Assembly: GCA_018662925.1 (NCBI GenBank)
Contig: JABJFC010000057.1
Location: 19,194-83,193, forward strand
Source: Alphaproteobacteria bacterium
GTDB lineage: Bacteria > Pseudomonadota > Alphaproteobacteria > 16-39-46 > JABJFC01
DNA: 64,000 nucleotides
Direction of reading: 5' to 3'
The notes below the pieces were generated by a model that saw nothing but the letters and a program-made list of their open reading frames with translations, had not been told where the DNA came from and searched no databases. This document shows positions 50,901 through 59,766 of this stretch, one piece after another (the stretch's first letter is position 1; the number at the start of each line of letters is the position of its first letter). Both the position numbers and the translations under genes were made by a program.

Positions 50901-51224
50901 CCATTTTCTATCTTCAATACTACTAGTTGATGAGGGAGGTAGGGGGTGACCATGTGAATCAGTTTTGAAGCTCACCTCCCCCAGGCTACTGGTAGACACT
51001 CCTCTTTCTCTAGTAGTATTCCACTGATCCTCGTTTACAGGTTCGTCCGTTGTTGGATAGATCGAAATTTTTTTGGATGTGAATCGTTTAATACTAATAA
51101 TAGGTGATCCGGGGGAAGTGTCTTCATCTCCCTCTACTGCCCACACAAGGCTAGGGGCGCTTACAAAACAAGCTATACAGAATATGGTTGCGAACTTTTT
51201 ATAACTTAAGAAAATCGATTTCAT
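47910..51224 (-). CDS. Large exported protein: Sel1-like repeat, FAD-binding oxidoreductase-like domain and ribonuclease-inhibitor-type LRRs
   Basis: Signal peptide; EAVEWFTQA Sel1-like segment; VFVGSGYSS..VIIVEKN Rossmann motif; C-terminal LxxLxLSxN repeats; start set at ATG 51224. Confidence 0.72.
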   Translation of the reverse strand: MKSIFLSYKKFATIFCIACFVSAPSLVWAVEGDEDTSPGSPIISIKRFTSKKISIYPTTDEPVNEDQWNTTRERGVSTSSLGEVSFKTDSHGHPLPPSSTSSIEDRKWNANQFFLNGVKALNAGNNLEAVEWFTQATNENHTRAPLFLEGMYVTCKTKLENPASRAVTPSLAKNMPTIVFVGSGYSSLPAAILCRSFGLNVIIVEKNERLFSGASILAIRLHSGGEYSTHEHTSESCMYSSLLFLQMLPEYIFANLPRLAFLVSKLKQEKLESEEELTLEQVRENYERRQEQYSELFAELRKHFDSDEETGNQFLGLPSALFEELEEDERFPQFLGGILTKEKGMNPMLVGSYLLNLLKRKNIETYTNHEVTGIIKYATYPDGETPTGYMVLAGEPTKRIHADFVVIAGSEGSYPLINKLINSTGSPTDSSIFVKHSDEEMLTIAQNLRNKLNEAADESALKESLSNVSSFVVPPPPPKEEEKVKSNSASPTDANAIPQHVTRDNTPSTSRGSSFSIAPDSPYSYKDLSRFVKHPELHIYVRGIVLAKINQNQIPIFKGHRSGLFGQPERGGAMLCPVNEKFAAIYSPTDEGCRLDSDTVSCFRSNLLGNIAALMTPSKDELDTRSQKTVDHVQGLYPGIEIEVPEMRVRCTLSTELSLRKRSPIALISAFKEANDVFFAAALKGTYAASLGILILEKLLTRFATEPGIQTLDPVLKDYILGFPGALAPVKSSTSNSRATPTDQDLDLVQVVHEAQELEQLREMASKPQTKRKYPKLDGKNHIYLPKELRLTDDSTPQDKLLALARKFAFENGFPVEFADPSYEIDGDFSVQLERVLSSKFITELNLSGRQLSDTEAETLGQQLRKHSHLTHLSISRCGISDDRIETILYDANNLISLDASDNVFGEAGIKSIARLLVLGDGNLTKLYLASSRLNQPAIEKLSPAVKRSKLSLLDLSSNSVNGQLLTTLVDSLENHETVSILNLKDNRIDVRDCSCLARLFRKNSVLKDVDLSHNSINNQGWFTMLTLGLVDVSAFKDENEEGKKEEGKNESRTDEEGPSTKLNTNGIVFNRSLQHLNLDFNSGLDDHTVRVIKYVLRQGHFGY

Positions 51225-51376
51225 TAAAGCACCAAGCTTCACATAAATACATTTTATTTGTATAATGATGATGTATATATGAAATTCAATGAAAAGAAAA
51301 TGCATAAAATTCAATTGGTTTTTTGAATGTTGCTACAATATAATGTGAGTCTGGGCTTGGTTGTGCATAAATAAAT

Positions 51377-51391
51377 TTAATGCATTGTTAA
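51377..51391. promoter_or_regulatory. CtrA-box consensus upstream of the LRR gene
   Basis: TTAA-tgcattg-TTAA; AT-rich context raises the chance of a random match. Confidence 0.4.
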
Positions 51392-51521
51392 GTGTATGTC
51401 CAAGTGGCTAAAAAACTCACTTCCAACTTTCTGAAGCTTTAAATACATTCTTTCGAGGATTCGCGGCGATACTGCGATTCTTGTCTTTGTTCAGACTTTT
51501 CTGCGCGAGGATGTGAAGAAT

Positions 51522-52628
51522 TTAGACGTTAAAGCGGAAGTGGAAGACATCGCCGTCTTGGACGAGATAGTCTTTTCCCTCTAGGCGGAGCTTGCCCGCT
51601 TCTTTGGCACCTTGCTCTCCTTTGAGAGATAAGAAATCGTTATAGGCGATGGTTTCTGCGCGAATAAACCCTTTTTCAAAGTCCGTGTGAATACAGCCAG
51701 CGGCTCCGGGTGCCTTTGAACCCTTTTGGACAGTCCAAGCCCTAGCTTCCTTGGGACCTATGGTAAAGAAGGTAATGAGACTTAGCAGAGAATAGCCCTC
51801 TCGGATGACTTGGGAAAGCCCTGTTTCTTTGAGATCAAGGGATTCAAGATATTCTTGTCGATCTTCCGTTGAAAGCTCAGCCGCTTCTGCCTCAATGGCG
51901 GCAGAGATAATGGCTGTTCTGGCTCCTACTTTTTTGGCATGTTCCGCAACCTTTTGGCTGTGTTCATTTCCAGTACTGGCTTCCTCTTCGTTCACATTAC
52001 AAACGTAGAGAATGGGTTTTAATGTCAGCAAATTTAATTGATTCAAAAAGGGCTCTTCATCGGGTGATACATCCAATAGGCGAGCAGGTTTTCCATCCTT
52101 CAAAAGTTCGAGGGCTCTTAAAATTAGGGCATGGAGCGCTTTTGCTTCAATAGCTTCCTTTCCCTGGGAGCGGGTTTTCTTTAAAACAGAAGCTTCTTGG
52201 CGCTCTAGGCTTTCCATATCGGATAGCATAAGTTCCGTTTCTATAATTTCAATATCACGAACGGGGTCGAGGGATCCTTCCACGTGGGAGATATCATTGT
52301 TCTCAAAACATCTGACAATTTCAATCAGGGCGTCCACTTCTCGAATGTTAGCCAAAAACTGGTTGCCGAGACCTTCTCCTTTGCTGGCGCCCCGCACAAG
52401 GCCGGCAATATCCACAAATTCCAGTTGGGTTGGGATGGTTTTCGCTGATTTAGCTATGTCTGACAATGTGTTTAATCGAAGGTCGGGGACCCCGACGCGG
52501 CCCACATTAGGCTCAATGGTACAAAAAGGATAGTTCGCGGCTTCCGCTGATGCCGTGGATGTTAGAGCATTAAAGAGGGTCGATTTCCCAACATTAGGGA
52601 GCCCAACGATGCCACAATTAAATCCCAT
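51522..52628 (-). CDS. ychF: Redox-regulated ATPase YchF
   Basis: [41 protein letters not shown]. Confidence 0.98.
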   Translation of the reverse strand: MGFNCGIVGLPNVGKSTLFNALTSTASAEAANYPFCTIEPNVGRVGVPDLRLNTLSDIAKSAKTIPTQLEFVDIAGLVRGASKGEGLGNQFLANIREVDALIEIVRCFENNDISHVEGSLDPVRDIEIIETELMLSDMESLERQEASVLKKTRSQGKEAIEAKALHALILRALELLKDGKPARLLDVSPDEEPFLNQLNLLTLKPILYVCNVNEEEASTGNEHSQKVAEHAKKVGARTAIISAAIEAEAAELSTEDRQEYLESLDLKETGLSQVIREGYSLLSLITFFTIGPKEARAWTVQKGSKAPGAAGCIHTDFEKGFIRAETIAYNDFLSLKGEQGAKEAGKLRLEGKDYLVQDGDVFHFRFNV

Positions 52629-53277
52629 GTGAGTCTCCTATAGGGGAAGGGGTTGAGGACGGTTCTTTTGTTTTTTCTTTTGGGGGCGACATTTTAAGGG
52701 CTACATGGGTGCTCAGCCGGTCAGAATCTCCCTCCAGCCAGAATTTAATGCCCTCTGAAATGGCCAAACATAGGGTCCCAATCCAAGTGTTATCAGCTTT
52801 TGCAAAGTCTTTTAGGACGTATGAGTGGACAAGGGCTCGATCTCCGGGGTGCCCGATCCCCATTCGAAGTCGCCAATAATCGGGACCAAGATGAGCGGAA
52901 ACGCTTTTAAGGCCGTTATGGCCGGCAGAGCCACCACCCTTTTTGAGGCGGATTTTACCGGGATCAAGATCCAACTCGTCGTGAATGACAAGGATGCGTT
53001 CGGGAGGAATTTTATAAAAGCTTGCCAAGGGCAGAACAGAGTCCCCAGATAGGTTCATAAATGTTTCTGGTTTAAGGAGGAGAACGTGCTTTCCATGGAT
53101 GATTCCTTCCGAATAGAGGCCGTTAAACTTCTTTCGGAAAGGCGGAAAGTGATGAGCCTCTGCAATATGATCTACGCAAATAAATCCAATATTGTGCCTG
53201 TTGGCTACATACTTTGGCCCCGGATTCCCGAGGCCAACAATTAGAAAGATGGTTGCGGCTGTCAAAGCGGGGCCCAC
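52618..53277 (-). CDS. pth: Peptidyl-tRNA hydrolase
   Basis: [36 protein letters not shown]. Confidence 0.97.
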   Translation of the reverse strand: MGPALTAATIFLIVGLGNPGPKYVANRHNIGFICVDHIAEAHHFPPFRKKFNGLYSEGIIHGKHVLLLKPETFMNLSGDSVLPLASFYKIPPERILVIHDELDLDPGKIRLKKGGGSAGHNGLKSVSAHLGPDYWRLRMGIGHPGDRALVHSYVLKDFAKADNTWIGTLCLAISEGIKFWLEGDSDRLSTHVALKMSPPKEKTKEPSSTPSPIGDSHGI

Positions 53278-53285
53278 TGAGAAGG

Positions 53286-53987
53286 CTATTCGCCTTCTTT
53301 TTCTTTCTTGTCCTCAGCGTCTTTCTCGTCCTTACCTTCAGCAGCCTCAACACCTTCAGCGCCTTCTTCTGCAGCAGCTTCAGCGGCAGCTGCTTCTTCA
53401 GCTTCTTCTTCGGCGGTTGCAATGGTTGGAGCAACGATGGTGGCAAGGGTATTATCCCTTTCTGCATGGGTTGCTTTAACTTTAGGAGGCAGTTCAATGG
53501 CATCCAAATGGAAAGCATGTCCAATATCAAAGCCTTCCAGATCGATGGTGATGCCTTCTGGAATGGTATCGGCAGGACATGTAATTTCTAGCTCATGAAG
53601 GACGATATTAAGAACACCACCTCTTTTGAGGCCAGGGGACTTATCTTCATTCGTGAAATGCACAGGGATAAAGAGGCTAATTTCTTTATCTTTACTGACT
53701 TGGAGGAGATCCAAGTGAACAGGTTGATCCGTTACGGGATGTAACTGGAGTTCCTTAACAAGAGCACGGTGCTTTTTGTCGCCAACCGTGACTTCAAACA
53801 ATCTAGAAAAGAAAGCAGGATCATGCATCTCTATTGATAGCTTTTTCTTGTCTAAACAAAAACTGATTGGGGTAATATCAGAACCGTACAAGACTCCGGG
53901 GATGAGCCCTTCTCGCCTTAAAGCACGGGCAGATCCTGTGCCACTCTCTGAACGCTCTTTTAATTTTAGAGCTGCCATTGCCGTCAT
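53286..53987 (-). CDS. rplY: 50S ribosomal protein L25/Ctc
   Basis: [36 protein letters not shown]; acidic tail. Confidence 0.96.
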   Translation of the reverse strand: MTAMAALKLKERSESGTGSARALRREGLIPGVLYGSDITPISFCLDKKKLSIEMHDPAFFSRLFEVTVGDKKHRALVKELQLHPVTDQPVHLDLLQVSKDKEISLFIPVHFTNEDKSPGLKRGGVLNIVLHELEITCPADTIPEGITIDLEGFDIGHAFHLDAIELPPKVKATHAERDNTLATIVAPTIATAEEEAEEAAAAEAAAEEGAEGVEAAEGKDEKDAEDKKEKEGE

Positions 53988-54013
53988 TTGTCTATCTCCT
54001 CATCCACTAAATA

Positions 54014-54945
54014 TCATTCAAACAAACAGGAAACCGATCGTTCCTCACTAATCCGTCCAATAGCATCTGCCATCAAAGGCGCAACTGTGAGCTGTCTCAC
54101 CTTCGTTTCGGCGGTTACAGCTTCCGTTGCACGTATGCTGTCCGTAATGACCAATGACTCTAGAGGGGACTTGCGAACTTTCTCTAGAGCTCCGTCTGAC
54201 AGCACTCCGTGTGTGGAGTAGGCAGAGACGCTACGCGCTCCTGAATCCGTCAACGCTTGTGCAGCTTTACACAAGGTTCCGGCAGAATCTACAATGTCAT
54301 CAACAAGAATACAACGTTTATCTTTAATATTTCCGATAATATTCATAACGTCGGAAGTGCCCGGCTGCTCTCGCCTTTTATCAATAATGGCCAGATTGCA
54401 GTTTAGTCGTGTGGCAATCTCTCGAGCACGGGCAATACCGCCAATGTCAGGAGATACAATTGTGATGTCGTTGTCTGGGTATTGTTCTACTATATCGCGG
54501 TAGAAAACGGGGGCGGCATGTAAGTTGTCCACCTGAATGTCAAAAAAGCCTTGAATTTGATCCGTGTGAAGATCCAGAGTTAGAACACGGTTTGCTCCAG
54601 CCGTTGTGATGAGATTAGCGACAAGTTTTGCTGAAATGGGTGTTCGGGGGCCCGATTTTCGTCTTGGCGTGCGTATCCGAAATAGGGCATCACAGCGGTA
54701 ATGCGGCGGGCAGAACCTCTTTTGAGAGCATCGATGATAATCAAAAGCTCCATCAAGTGATCGTTGGTGGGGTAGGAGGTAGATTGAATCAAGAAAACAT
54801 CATCTCCTCGGACGCTTTCTTGTATTTCGACAAAAATTTCCTTATCGGCAAAACGTCGAATGATGGCCTTTGAAATTGGGACTGACAAATGGGTCGCGAT
54901 GTCATTCGCGAGGGGGATATTACTATTTCCGGCAAGGAGCTTCAT
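54014..54945 (-). pseudogene. prs: Ribose-phosphate pyrophosphokinase split by a 1-nt deletion (likely sequence error)
   Basis: N-half ends PYFGYARQD; one added C between 54660 and 54661 restores [27 protein letters not shown] in frame with the C-half (SPDIGG, VDDIVDSAGT). Confidence 0.9.
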
Positions 54946-55115
54946 GGCATTTTTCTTGATCGTTACAACTTGCCTTCTTTAGCACTTCTGATGGAATTTG
55001 TAAAATAGTAACCATATTTATTAACTTTTTGTAAAATTGGGGAAGTTTCCTATTTTCAATTTTGTAAAAAGGGTGTATAAAGGAAATAATAAGTAATAAA
55101 AAAAACAACACGGGG

Positions 55116-55358
55116 TTGGTTATGGTTAACAAAATCGTAAAGCGATTTGTACCTGCGAAAGATGTTTTCAAAGCTTTTGGCTTTGTTAGTTTTTTCTTTG
55201 TGCTAGGTTTCTCTCCTTTGGTTATGTTGAATGCAGCACAGACTGGAGAAGTCGTGCCTGAATCTACAAGTATGATGATTTTTGATATGGCCAAGGCGAA
55301 TGCGTTGGACTCATCGGGTGAAGGCAAAAATTCATTTCAGTTTTTTCTATTTCCTTAA
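55116..55358 (+). CDS. Small hypothetical protein with hydrophobic segment
   Basis: 80-aa ORF with a TM/signal-like stretch, followed by a terminator. Confidence 0.35.
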   Translation: MVMVNKIVKRFVPAKDVFKAFGFVSFFFVLGFSPLVMLNAAQTGEVVPESTSMMIFDMAKANALDSSGEGKNSFQFFLFP

Positions 55359-55388
55359 ACGGTCGTAGTTTCAAGTTACATGGGGAGT

Positions 55389-55414
55389 AAAGGGGGCAGT
55401 GTGCCCCCTTTTTT
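55389..55414 (+). terminator. Rho-independent terminator
   Basis: AAAGGGGGCA-gtg-TGCCCCCTTT followed by more T. Confidence 0.75.
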
Positions 55415-55428
55415 AGATTTCTGCTCCA

Positions 55429-55691
55429 TGGATCCCACGATACCAACTCACTCTAAGTCTCACCGGCTTAAGACGCCGGTTCGCCTAGAGTTCATAGGTT
55501 CTGGGAAGACGGGAATTGAGAGGATGCTAGAATACATGCCCCAAGCCGTCTTCCCGGCCATTAGGAATTATGGGCAAGCCGGAGGCGCGCCCATAATTCC
55601 TTATGAGCGCGGGATCCATCTTTCATAAATCAGAGAAGGTTCAAAATCACGTCGTAGCGACCTGTCACGTCGTAGCGTAGCGCAGACGGAT
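55429..55691. repeat. Composite REP-like cluster: family A (55429-55511), family B (55547-55618), family C (55646-55691)
   Basis: Direct sequence matches to the copies at 27124-27365 and 9271-9577. Confidence 0.85.
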
Positions 55692-55706
55692 CACCTCTGA
55701 CTTCCG

Positions 55707-57224
55707 TCAATCCTGCACCATTTCCTGCAGAGCTTTATTATTAATCGTTACAGGGAAATGCTGTTGCAGAGCGCCGAGGAACTGTATGAAAATTTCCTGA
55801 TTCATCTCTTTTCCCAGATTTTGCCGGTAGGCTGTAAATTTAAAATGATCTTTTGCCAGCTTAGTTGGCGTGATTTTTGTAACCATAGCCACCAGATATC
55901 CCTTTGCGTTAGGAACAGCCGTTGCTTTTTTCACCGGAAGAGAAAATACCTGGGGTAAAAGGTTTTCAGGCAGGTCTTTAGGGGGAGATTGCATGGAGAC
56001 ACCTGAAACTTGCCTAGTTTTATAAAGGATTTTCCCCAGTTTTCCTGTGCCATTGATATTCTTGACCAAGGCAATAGCCTCTTTCTTCGCAAGATCAAAT
56101 TTGTTTGCCGCCATATATTTCTCTGAAACTTTCTTTTGGATGGTATTAAGGGGCGGCACGCTTTTGGAAACACTTTCCTCGGGCATGACAATATAAAATT
56201 TACCATCCTCTGTTTCCTTGAGATCGCTCTCAAAGTTTTGAGAGAGTTCAAAGCCTGTTTTGAGGATCTCCTTCGTAAAGGCAGAGTCTTTAAGGGCGTT
56301 TCGTCCCGAAGCTGTTTTACCCCTGACATCTACTTTTTCAAGCAGATGGAAAGAGAGCTTTAGGGCATTCGCAGACTCTTTAAGGGTCGCGCCTGAGGCG
56401 AGGGAATCCTCCAGTTCGTTGGCTTGCTTATAAATACGACTGAGAGCTTCCTGGCGATGTTCGTCATCTGAAAGTTCTGGGTGCTCTTTTTTTATGGCGG
56501 GGATTAATTTTTTTGGATCTAAAATGACAGAAGAAAGTGTTCTGCGCTCAGGCTCTACAAAGAGGTTCTTGTTTTCCTCATAGAACTTTTTAAGGGTCTC
56601 TTCGGAGGGCTTTTTAGAATACTTAACGCTCGAAAGAGGGATCTCTACGATCGTTAGGTTTCGTGTTTCCTGTGATTGCTTGAAAAGAGGGGCGGCGATT
56701 GGAGAGGGCGCATCTCCACCGACGGCAATCGCTTTCGTCAAAAATTCTTTCTTGAGGGCATCTCGGAGAAGATAAAGGTACCCTGATTCCGTTAGACCGC
56801 TATTGTACATGGCTGCATTGAATTTTTCCCGGTCAAACGTACCTGATTTAGTGCGAAACTGTGCGTGGACAATTTCGCGAATAGTATCATCACTAATGAC
56901 AAGTTTTAGCTTTTTGGCTTCTAAATCGAGGAGCTGGCCTTGGATTAGGTTCAGGAGAACCAATTGGGCAACTTCCATCTGAAGCATGGGGTCTGTGTCA
57001 ATTCTGCTGCCAAGTTTTTTACGAAGTCTATTAATTTCTTCGCGCATGGCACGACTGACTTGCGCCTTGGAAATGACATTATCGCCTACTTGAGCCACAT
57101 CGTCTCCCCCAAAGCGGCTCCGAAGTGAATCACCGACGCCCCACACTCCAAAACTGAGGATCAGGACGAAGAACAAGATTTTGGCAACCCATGAAGATGT
57201 ATGTTTGCGAATATATTGGAGCAT
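55707..57224 (-). CDS. SurA N-terminal domain / PpiD-like periplasmic chaperone
   Basis: MLQYIRK..ILFFVLILSFGVWG, VAQVGD, G.FDREKF, FYEENK.LF..PERR. Confidence 0.85.
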   Translation of the reverse strand: MLQYIRKHTSSWVAKILFFVLILSFGVWGVGDSLRSRFGGDDVAQVGDNVISKAQVSRAMREEINRLRKKLGSRIDTDPMLQMEVAQLVLLNLIQGQLLDLEAKKLKLVISDDTIREIVHAQFRTKSGTFDREKFNAAMYNSGLTESGYLYLLRDALKKEFLTKAIAVGGDAPSPIAAPLFKQSQETRNLTIVEIPLSSVKYSKKPSEETLKKFYEENKNLFVEPERRTLSSVILDPKKLIPAIKKEHPELSDDEHRQEALSRIYKQANELEDSLASGATLKESANALKLSFHLLEKVDVRGKTASGRNALKDSAFTKEILKTGFELSQNFESDLKETEDGKFYIVMPEESVSKSVPPLNTIQKKVSEKYMAANKFDLAKKEAIALVKNINGTGKLGKILYKTRQVSGVSMQSPPKDLPENLLPQVFSLPVKKATAVPNAKGYLVAMVTKITPTKLAKDHFKFTAYRQNLGKEMNQEIFIQFLGALQQHFPVTINNKALQEMVQD

Positions 57225-57446
57225 TTTTTTCCTTATCTCTATAGCGAATACGTTCCGGATGATAATAGCCTCTTACGGGAACGGCAAACAGAAAATTTGC
57301 AGAAAGGTGATTTTGTTGTGATTGAGGATTGGATATGGATCAGAAAATCATGCTTTTCAGGAAGGCTAGAGAATTCAATTGAGGTTTTCTCCACTGTTAT
57401 CTCTGCACTTTGATATTGTTACATCACTGTTTTAACGCTTCATAGT

Positions 57447-57497
57447 ATGGTCATTATAGTGACCATATAATAGCGTTACGGTCACTATAATGACCAT
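57447..57497. promoter_or_regulatory. Perfect 18-bp inverted repeat made of two near-palindromic operator-like boxes
   Basis: ATGGTCATTATAGTGACC-N15-GGTCACTATAATGACCAT. Confidence 0.65.
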
Positions 57498-57709
57498 TTA
57501 CTCTTTGACAATCGGTATTCATTGGAAAAAAGTTTGTGATGAAGGAGATCTTAGCGAAATTGATAGATGGGGCCGGCAGTTCTTAAACCCGTTTGTATTT
57601 GACGACTTAAAGGGTAAGAGGGCATTTCTAAAAGAATTGGCACGGCAGTTAAGGAAGAGAATATCCTGATGTCAGGCTTCGGGAATCTGACATAATACCT
57701 CTGCCAACC

Positions 57710-59017
57710 CTACCGTTTTTTCAAAGGCACGTAGTCTCTTTGTGTCGGTCCGACATATAATTGGCGTGGCCGGCCGATGCGTTGATCGGGATCGGAAATC
57801 ATTTCATTCCAATGGGCAACCCACCCCACGGTACGGGCAACGGCAAAAAGAACTGTGAACATGGATTTTGGGATTCCCATGGCGCGGAGAATAATGCCCG
57901 AATAAAAATCCACATTGGGGTAAAGCTTTTTCTCAATAAAGTAGGGATCCTCGAGGGCAATGCGCTCTAATTCAAGCGCTAGCTCCATAAGTGGGTCGTT
58001 TTCTTTTCCGAGTTCTTTGAGGACTTCATGGCATGTTTTTTGGAGGACTTTTGCGCGTGGATCATAATTTTTATAGACACGGTGTCCAAAACCCATAAGG
58101 CGAATGCCGCTTTTTTTGTCTTTTGCCTTTTCTATATAGGCGGGAATGTGTTTTTTTGTTCCAATTTCCTCTAGCATGTTGAGGACTGCTTCATTGGCAC
58201 CGCCGTGGGCTGGTCCCCAAAGTGCTGTGATGCCAGAGGCAATGCAAGCAAAGGGATTGGCGCCACTGGATCCAGCCAGACGAACTGTGGAGGTTGAGGC
58301 ATTTTGTTCGTGATCCGCATGAAGAATCAGGATGCGATCAAGTGCCCTTGCTAGAATAGGATTGACCTCGTATGGAGCGCTGGGCACTGCAAACATCATA
58401 TGTAAAAGATTGGCAGCATATGAAAGATGATTTTGGGGAAAGACAAAGGGCTGTCCTTCTGAATATTTGTAAGCCATGGCTGCAATGGTAGGCATTTTGG
58501 CTATAAGCCGGTATGAGGCAATCATTCGTTGATGAGGGTCATGAATATCCAGGCTGTCGTGATAGAAGGCTGAGAGGGCTCCTACGACTCCTACCATAAT
58601 AGCCATGGGATGGGCATCTCTCCGAAATCCTCTGTAGAGATAGGTCATTTGATCGTGGAGCATTGTATGGAGCGTGATATCTTTCTCAAAGGCAGCCAAC
58701 GTCTTTTCATTGGGGAGCTCTTTATTAAGGAGGAGACAGGCTATCTCCATGAAAGAACTTTTCTCGGCCAATTGATCGATGGGATATCCTCTGTAAAGAA
58801 GGGTGCCCTTTTCTCCATCAATATAGGTGATGGCAGACCGACAGCTCGCCGTGGACATAAATCCTGGATCAAAGGTAAATTTGCCCGTTTCGCTGAATAA
58901 CTTTCGAACATCCATGACTTGCGGACCGACAGTTCCGTCTAACACGGAAAATTCTGCGAGAATATCTCCACTTTCATTTACAAGTTTTAGAGAAGATTTT
59001 TTGTCCGAAGACCCCAT
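57710..59017 (-). CDS. gltA: Citrate synthase (type II)
   Basis: [53 protein letters not shown]. Confidence 0.98.
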   Translation of the reverse strand: MGSSDKKSSLKLVNESGDILAEFSVLDGTVGPQVMDVRKLFSETGKFTFDPGFMSTASCRSAITYIDGEKGTLLYRGYPIDQLAEKSSFMEIACLLLNKELPNEKTLAAFEKDITLHTMLHDQMTYLYRGFRRDAHPMAIMVGVVGALSAFYHDSLDIHDPHQRMIASYRLIAKMPTIAAMAYKYSEGQPFVFPQNHLSYAANLLHMMFAVPSAPYEVNPILARALDRILILHADHEQNASTSTVRLAGSSGANPFACIASGITALWGPAHGGANEAVLNMLEEIGTKKHIPAYIEKAKDKKSGIRLMGFGHRVYKNYDPRAKVLQKTCHEVLKELGKENDPLMELALELERIALEDPYFIEKKLYPNVDFYSGIILRAMGIPKSMFTVLFAVARTVGWVAHWNEMISDPDQRIGRPRQLYVGPTQRDYVPLKKR

Positions 59018-59192
59018 TTTTTTGCTTTCTTAGTTATGCAGTAATATCACGGCTACCCTATCATCCCCAGTTTGCCTGATTTCCTTAGGAGACGCAAGAG
59101 ATGCACAGGCTTTTTCTGAAAGATTAGACTAGCATCCGAGAGCAGGATCTCGTATAAGGAGATATCAATTCACGATAGGAGCGCAATTTGCT

Positions 59193-59744
59193 ATGTCCGG
59201 AAGCATAAATAAGGTAATTCTTGTCGGCAATTTAGGCCGAGATCCTGAAACTAGAATGACACAAGATGGTGGAAAAATTGTTAATCTTTCCATTGCCACA
59301 TCTGAAAATTGGAAAGATCGCACGACGGGCGAACGTCGAGATCGCACTGAATGGCATCGCGTCGTTATTTTCAATGAACGGTTGTCGGAAGTTGCAGAGC
59401 GGTATTTAAAGAAGGGGTCCAAAGTTTACTTGGAAGGACAACTTCAAACACGCAAGTGGACGGATCAGAGCGGTGTTGAAAAATATACCACCGAAGTCGT
59501 TCTATCTAAATTTAGAGGCGAACTCACAATGTTAGATAGTCGTGGGGGTGGCGAAGGTTTTGCTCCGGGTCCTGATAGTGGTTCTTTTGCTGGTTCGGGT
59601 AAAGCTGCGACTGATGTTTCAGGGTCTCCTGCAAACTTTGGTGGATCGGGTAGTTCAGGCCCTGTGGCGGCAGCTGCGAGCCAGAGCAGTGGAACATCTG
59701 CACCCAGTTCGACCAACGATTTTGACGACGACATTCCCTTTTGA
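59193..59744 (+). CDS. ssb: Single-stranded DNA-binding protein
   Basis: [23 protein letters not shown]-terminal DDDIPF. Confidence 0.98.
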   Translation: MSGSINKVILVGNLGRDPETRMTQDGGKIVNLSIATSENWKDRTTGERRDRTEWHRVVIFNERLSEVAERYLKKGSKVYLEGQLQTRKWTDQSGVEKYTTEVVLSKFRGELTMLDSRGGGEGFAPGPDSGSFAGSGKAATDVSGSPANFGGSGSSGPVAAAASQSSGTSAPSSTNDFDDDIPF

Positions 59745-59766
59745 TTCATAAAACTAAGAGACAATA

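Noticed and set aside
55380..55628. 82-aa ORF spanning the repeat cluster (likewise 26940-27257)
   Set aside because: Translation of terminator and palindromic repeat sequence, with no coding evidence
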